Source of the DNA: Gammaproteobacteria bacterium | GTDB taxonomy: Bacteria > Pseudomonadota > Gammaproteobacteria > Poriferisulfidales > Poriferisulfidaceae | DNA length: 64,000 nucleotides | NCBI GenBank assembly: GCA_028819565.1 | Contig: JAPPLD010000029.1 | Coordinates: 34,998 to 98,997, forward strand | Reading direction: 5' to 3' | Part shown: positions 61,142-64,000 of the stretch, one piece after another | Layout of the letters: each line of letters opens with the position of its first letter | Numbering within the stretch: position 1 is the stretch's first letter | The notes under the pieces: generated by a model | Databases searched by the model: none | Seen by the model: the letters and a program-made list of their open reading frames with translations, nothing else | Told to the model about the DNA's origin: nothing | Made by a program: the position numbers and the translations under genes

Positions 61142-62185
61142 ATGTCCAGACGCCGCCGCAGCCGTTTCTTGAACCCGTTCGGCCTGGCTTTCCTGGATGT
61201 CATGTCCTGCGGGTTGGGGGCTGCCGTCCTGCTTTTTCTGATCATTGACCACAACCTGACTGAACTGGCGCAGGCATCGGAGAGCGGCGAGGGAGATGTG
61301 CAACTGCTGGAGCAGTCGATCCAGGAACAGGAAGAACTGATCACCGAGCACCGCAGGCAGATGCGTCAACTGCAGCGCGAGCTGGAAAGCTTGGCGCAAC
61401 AGCGCGTAGCCGCCATCACCACCCAAGCCGAACTGCGCGCTCGTCAACCGAAGGCGTCCGACACCGCCCGACTTGAACGGGAACTGCGCGAACGCAAGAA
61501 GAAACTCCAAGAAGCGGAGAAAAGCAGGCAACTGAGGGCGAAAGAGGGAGAAGGACAACGCCAGTACGTGGCTGGTTTCCGAGTCGAAGGCCATCGCATT
61601 CTGATCCTGCTGGATCGCTCGGCCAGCATGCAGGACGAACATATTGCCGCGATCATCCGGAACAAGTTTCTCCCGGTGAAGTACCAGATCGAGAGCTACA
61701 AGTGGCGCTGGGCGCGTTCCATCTTTGAGTGGGTCCTCTCACACCTGCCTCAAGAGGCGCAATACCAAGTCTGGGGCTTCAACACGGCGGCAGCGCCAGC
61801 GCTGTCGAAGAGTGGATGGCTGCCGGCAAAAGACGAGAAACGGATGGAAGAGGTGATTTCGGCAGTGCAGGGCTGGGTTCCTGCGGGAGGGACCCGCCTC
61901 GATACGACCCTCAAGAAGATCGCCCAGATCAAGCCAAGGCCGGATGCAGTCTATCTGATTACGGACGGCCTGCCGACGCAGGGAAAATCCTGGTTCAAGA
62001 AAAGCCGGGTCAGCCCTTCCCAGCGCATGGAGTTTTTCCGAGAAGCAACGGGAGGCATCGCGGGCCCGCCTTTCAATATCGTCCTGCTTCCGCTTGAGGG
62101 CGACCCGGCAGCGGCCGGGGCCTACTGGGAATTTGCGATGAGGACGGACGGACAATTCCTGGCCCCGGCGGAGGACTGGCCATGA
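61142..62185 (+). CDS. ExbD/TolR-like TM helix + coiled coil + vWA (MIDAS) domain protein, paralog A (operon gene 8)
   Basis: The N-terminus MSRRRRSRFLNPFGLAFLDVMSCGLGAAVLLFLII compares with ExbD INVTPFIDVMLVLLIIF. It is followed by a heptad-rich segment of about 110 aa (QLLEQSIQEQEELITEHRRQMRQLQRELESLAQQ...). The vWA domain has MIDAS LLDRSASM, GGTRLD and LITDGLP. Confidence 0.75.
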   Translation: MSRRRRSRFLNPFGLAFLDVMSCGLGAAVLLFLIIDHNLTELAQASESGEGDVQLLEQSIQEQEELITEHRRQMRQLQRELESLAQQRVAAITTQAELRARQPKASDTARLERELRERKKKLQEAEKSRQLRAKEGEGQRQYVAGFRVEGHRILILLDRSASMQDEHIAAIIRNKFLPVKYQIESYKWRWARSIFEWVLSHLPQEAQYQVWGFNTAAAPALSKSGWLPAKDEKRMEEVISAVQGWVPAGGTRLDTTLKKIAQIKPRPDAVYLITDGLPTQGKSWFKKSRVSPSQRMEFFREATGGIAGPPFNIVLLPLEGDPAAAGAYWEFAMRTDGQFLAPAEDWP

Positions 62186-63147
62186 GGCGCGTCCGCCGGC
62201 AAGCCGACAACCGTTTGTCGTTTCTCGACGTAGTCAGTTGCGGGTTCGGGGCCATGGTGTTGCTAATTCTGATTACTAAAAACACTGTGGGTGAGCCGGT
62301 CGAAGATCTCCGAGCCCAAATCGAAGCGCTGCAGGAACAACTCGCACGCGTCATCCAGGTCCAGGCAAGTCTGGCGGCCGAACAATTTTCGGCACAAGCC
62401 CGGGTACACGCTCAGCAGGAGAAACTGCAGGACGACCGAAAGGCCGTAGTGGAAGCACGACAGGCGAACGCCGGTGCCCAAGCGCAAGCGCTGATCGAGG
62501 CGGATCTGAAGAATGCGCTTCAACGCCTCAATGAAGAAATGAGGCGGCTGAACCTGACTGCATCCAAGCCGGATGTGATCGGCGGCATTCCGGCCGACAG
62601 CGAGTACATCATCTTTATCGTCGACACGTCCGGCAGCATGAAACGGTTTGCCTGGAGGGCCGCGAGGCAGCAGCTGGTGACCCTACTGGACGCCTACCCG
62701 AAAGTGCGTGGACTCCAGGTGATGAACGACATGGGCACGTATATGTTCAGCGGCTACCGGGGGCGCTGGATTCCAGATACGCCCGCAAGGCGGAAAGTTC
62801 TCCTGCAGCGTTTTGATTCCTGGCATTCGTACAGCAATTCAAGCCCCGTCGAGGGCATCCTGGAAGCCATCAAGCGGTTCCGCATGAAATCCGACAAGAT
62901 CAGCCTGTACATCTTCGGCGACGAATACACCGGCGAGTCGATCCAGCGGGTCATCGACACGGTGGAGGATCTCAACTACCGGGATGGAAAGCGGCAGGTC
63001 CGCATTCATGCGGTCGGGTTCTTCACCCGGGCGCAGATCGAAAAGATTGATCCAAAATACGCCGACACCACTAGTCGATTCGCAGCCCTGATGAGGGAGT
63101 TGACTCGGCAGAACGGCGGGACTTTTTTGGGGGTTACGGTGGATTGA
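62182..63147 (+). CDS. ExbD/TolR-like TM helix + coiled coil + vWA (MIDAS) domain protein, paralog B (operon gene 9)
   Basis: The N-terminus is MRRVRRQADNRLSFLDVVSCGFGAMVLLILI. The coiled coil contains LRAQIEALQEQLARVIQVQASLAAEQ... The vWA domain has FIVDTSGSM and YIFGDE. An ATGA junction overlaps gene 8. Confidence 0.75.
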   Translation: MRRVRRQADNRLSFLDVVSCGFGAMVLLILITKNTVGEPVEDLRAQIEALQEQLARVIQVQASLAAEQFSAQARVHAQQEKLQDDRKAVVEARQANAGAQAQALIEADLKNALQRLNEEMRRLNLTASKPDVIGGIPADSEYIIFIVDTSGSMKRFAWRAARQQLVTLLDAYPKVRGLQVMNDMGTYMFSGYRGRWIPDTPARRKVLLQRFDSWHSYSNSSPVEGILEAIKRFRMKSDKISLYIFGDEYTGESIQRVIDTVEDLNYRDGKRQVRIHAVGFFTRAQIEKIDPKYADTTSRFAALMRELTRQNGGTFLGVTVD

Positions 63148-63160
63148 GTATTAAAGAGAA

Positions 63161-63180
63161 ACGCCTCCCGGAGGAGGCGT
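63161..63180. terminator. GC-rich hairpin between convergent genes (possible terminator)
   Basis: ACGCCTCC (63161-63168) pairs with GGAGGCGT (63173-63180) around the loop CGGA. A T-rich tail appears only when read on the minus strand (TTCTCTTTAAT). Confidence 0.4.
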
Positions 63181-63369
63181 CGGGCCAGCGATACTCTCAC
63201 TGGCGGGGTAGCATCATTATAAATTATCCGACCGACATATCCAGAATCCTCCGCTACCAATCGAGCCCGCGAGTGATTGCTAGCCGCAAAATATCCAACT
63301 CGTGTTCAATTTTGTAGGGACAAGGCCTCCGGGGACCCCCTGGCCCACAGGCATTGTTGCCGGAATGGT

Positions 63370-63987
63370 TCACGTGATGAACGTTCCGTCCAAAATCCAG
63401 ATGAGCCCCTCTAGTCGCGCCACCCAGCCCCCGGTCAATGGGATTTCGGCTCCCAGCCCGATAACCCAACCGGTTTCCGTGGATCGATCGTGAAAGGAAT
63501 CGTCGGGATCCACCGTCCTAGGCCGACCCAACCCAAAATCAACGTCAACGACGAAGTTTTCGATTCGGGCACGCGCCAATCCTCCCGTGGCAAACACCGT
63601 CACGGAACCGAACGATTTTTCGATTCCGACCCGAGCCGTGGTAATCCACTGAAACTCCACCACGGCCGTCTCGTCCAAGGCCCAAGGGCGGGGGCCGAGC
63701 TGGTTGGTCTGAGCTTCCAAGTCACCGATGGTGCCGTCCAGTTCAAGCCGGATCGTGGCTCCACCCAAGTCGAATTTCTTTCCGATCAGCACTCCGCCGA
63801 TGAAACCGGCGTCCCCGTAGCGAGTGACCCAACCGGGGACCGGATACGCAAAACCACTCACATCGGTCAGCCGATTGTCGATTTCGCCGGAGCCCACGAA
63901 AACGCCTGCGTAGGCCCCCGACCCATCCTCCGCAGCATAAGCGGGGCCACTTGCCGTAACCATAAGAAGGGCAAATGCCCCAAGCAC
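63370..63987 (-). CDS. outer-membrane beta-barrel-type protein (N-terminus may extend past window end)
   Basis: 205 aa from a GTG start. It has the signal-like segment ALLMVTASGPAYA and an alternating Gly/aromatic beta-strand pattern (GFIGGVLIGKKF, VFATGGLARARI, GWVIGLGAEI). The frame stays open upstream to position 64000. Confidence 0.5.
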   Translation of the reverse strand: MLGAFALLMVTASGPAYAAEDGSGAYAGVFVGSGEIDNRLTDVSGFAYPVPGWVTRYGDAGFIGGVLIGKKFDLGGATIRLELDGTIGDLEAQTNQLGPRPWALDETAVVEFQWITTARVGIEKSFGSVTVFATGGLARARIENFVVDVDFGLGRPRTVDPDDSFHDRSTETGWVIGLGAEIPLTGGWVARLEGLIWILDGTFIT

Positions 63988-64000
63988 CGTGCCGCTTGAG

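Overview
This 64-kb window is a GC-rich gammaproteobacterial-type chromosome segment, mostly origin-proximal housekeeping genes. In order: ileS (partial)-ribF-murJ (minus); atpIBEFHAGDC (plus); glmU-glmS; dksA, a DJ-1 protein and ctpA (minus); ArsR-rhodanese-grxC-secB-gpsA-pyrD (plus); parB-parA-rsmG-mnmG (minus); rpmH-rnpA-yidD-yidC-mnmE (plus); a Na+/solute symporter; engB-cysC (minus); cytochrome c4-dsbA (plus); polA (minus); a TRAP transporter; and uvrD-ubiB-ubiJ (minus). Two accessory stretches stand out. (1) A low-GC 5.7-kb insertion at 12.6-18.3 kb splits the normally contiguous atpC|glmU junction. It carries a signal-peptide-less trypsin-fold protease followed by a type III-like Mod methyltransferase and Res helicase-nuclease. 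(2) A tightly coupled nine-gene plus-strand operon at 54.7-63.1 kb is the best candidate for an undescribed system. It encodes a secreted hyper-acidic protein, a lipoprotein, a TPR/PEGA protein, a membrane-anchored 4xPEGA protein with a cysteine-less FGE-sulfatase domain, a small secreted protein, a MotA/ExbB/TolQ-like channel, an unknown cytoplasmic protein and two paralogs. Each paralog fuses an ExbD/TolR-like transmembrane helix (conserved F-L-D-V aspartate) to a long coiled coil and a vWA/MIDAS domain. I found no rRNA, tRNA, CRISPR array, transposase or integrase. Many long ORFs in the track are antisense shadows typical of GC-rich DNA. Start codons were adjusted by hand where homology or gene junctions suggested it, and they remain uncertain.
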